Shown: piece by piece, positions 62,555 through 64,000 of the stretch
Position numbering within the stretch: the stretch's first letter is position 1
Layout: each line of letters opens with the position of its first letter
Assembly (NCBI RefSeq): GCF_004010195.1
Contig: NC_057752.1
Coordinates: 3,040,222-3,104,221 of the forward strand
From: Chiloscyllium plagiosum
Lineage: Eukaryota
Direction of reading: 5' to 3'
DNA: 64,000 bases
The notes under the pieces: model-generated
The model's database searches: none
What the model saw: only the letters and a program-made list of their open reading frames with translations
What the model was told of the DNA's origin: nothing
Made by a program: the position numbers and the translations under genes

Positions 62555-62945
62555 GGGTAGGGCATTGAGCCATTTAACATGATCATGGCCTCAACTCCAC
62601 TCTCCCGCCCGCTCTCCATGACCCTTCCACCACGTTACTCATCTGACAATCACCTCCTCAAATGAACTCAGTGTCCGGCTTTCTGCTGCACTTTGAGCTA
62701 AGAAATCCCACAGGCCCTTTGGGAGAAGTAATTTCTCCGTTTCAAATCTGCTCCCTCTTGATCCGAACATCCCATTTTCGATTGCCCCACCAGGAAATGT
62801 CCTCCCGATGTTGATTTTGTCAATCCCCTTTTAGCATCTTATAGACCTCAATTAGATCTCCTCTAGATCTCCTCTCATTCTGTTAAACTCCAGAGAGTGC
62901 AGGCCCAAAGTGCTCAATCTCTCCCTTCATCTCTGGAATTAATCG
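62555..62945 (-). mobile_element. Old CR1 3' fragment
   Basis: atgatcatggc..; cttatagacctcaattagatctcctct..taaactccagagag. Confidence 0.7.
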
Positions 62946-63289
62946 AGATCGCAACGGATGGTTTGGCACGCTCACCGTGAGCTTTGCCTGTTCACCGGGA
63001 ATCACAGGGCGAGCTGGGGAGGCTTTTCGCCAGTTGGCGACTTGGCTTGTATCCAGGGTGATGGCTGACCCTTCTCCCGCAGCGCACGCAACACACGTTC
63101 CACAGAGCTCTCACGGCGGCCTTACAAATCAACCAGCTCATTGCTTTGATGTGCTTTTGAACCAGCAGAGCACGTTTTGAACTGGAGTGCGTTGCTGGTG
63201 CTGTGTAGGAAAGGTCCCATGGGCAGCAGCGTTCGATCAGATAGTCAACTTCGAAAAAGATGCATCCTTCAACCACGAGAGCATTAAAA

Positions 63290-63770
63290 TGAAAATAAGA
63301 CCAGGAGCAGGCCTCTTGTGCCCGCTCCAAAAGGATCACGGCTGATCCGACATTTCTCATGTCCACTTTCCCTGTAACCCTTGATTCCCCAACTGATCAA
63401 GAATCTCTCTCGGCCTTCAATCCACACAAGGACTCTGCCCCCACAGCTCTCCCTGGCAAGGTGTTTTAAAGACTCTCAACCCTCTAACATGAGGAGGAAC
63501 TTCTCTCTATCTTAAATTGGCACCCCTTAATTCTGGGACTGTGCCCTCTAGTCTTTGACCCTCCCATGAAGGGGAAACAGCATCTCAGCCCTGACCCTGT
63601 CAAGCCCCTCTATGCTTCAATGAGATCATCTCTCATTCTTCTAAACTCCGGTGAGTAGAGTCTCTGCCCGTTTAGCCCTTGCTCATACCAGGGATCATCC
63701 TACTGAACCTCCTCTGAACTGCCTCCGATGAAATGATATGTTTTCTGAGATAAGGGGAGCAAGACTCCTG
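63290..63770 (-). mobile_element. Older CR1 3' part
   Basis: ccccttgattcccc; gtgccctctagtc; cattcttctaaactcc; ctctgaactgcctcc. Confidence 0.75.
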
Positions 63771-64000
63771 TTTCAGCCTAACTCATCTTCTTAGCATCTG
63801 TCTATCCCCTTCTTAACTTGCTTCCTAAAATAATAAGCCCGATGTGCAGAATTGCATGGCAGAATTATAACGGATTATTATAATTGGCCAAACACAAAGA
63901 AGGCTGTCAAAATGGTCACCTCAGCATGCCAAAGAATTAGATCAGTGAGCCAGGTTTCCGACATCCAGGGATAGTTTGTTCGAGTGAATTTGAGTGTAAG

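Overview
Eukaryotic, repeat-rich non-coding DNA, almost certainly from a cartilaginous fish (shark). The repeat content points there: HE1-type V-SINEs, HER1/CR1 LINEs, Deu-domain SINEs and Penelope-like elements. I found no credible host protein-coding exon, rRNA, true tRNA gene or CRISPR array. The longer ORFs are decayed retroelement fragments, simple or tandem repeats, or artefacts of a 500-N gap. Contents: about 17 HE1 SINEs; more than 20 CR1 fragments; fragments of RTE, Tx1 and Rex1/Babar LINEs; two related solo LTRs; and a 3.5-kb 30-bp minisatellite with higher-order structure. There is also a second LINE family whose 5' end is a tRNA-derived head, together with SINEs that look like its deletion derivatives. 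A Penelope GIY-YIG remnant is present, plus about a dozen short palindromic Penelope-derived elements that carry hammerhead-ribozyme cores and 6-16 bp target duplications. The unique stretches hold a 20/21 match to the REST/RE1 silencer (15462-15482) and clusters of developmental enhancer motifs, suggesting an intron or gene desert of a neural or developmental locus (inference). Family names come from recognition, not database searches, and repeat boundaries are approximate (about +/-10-20 bp).
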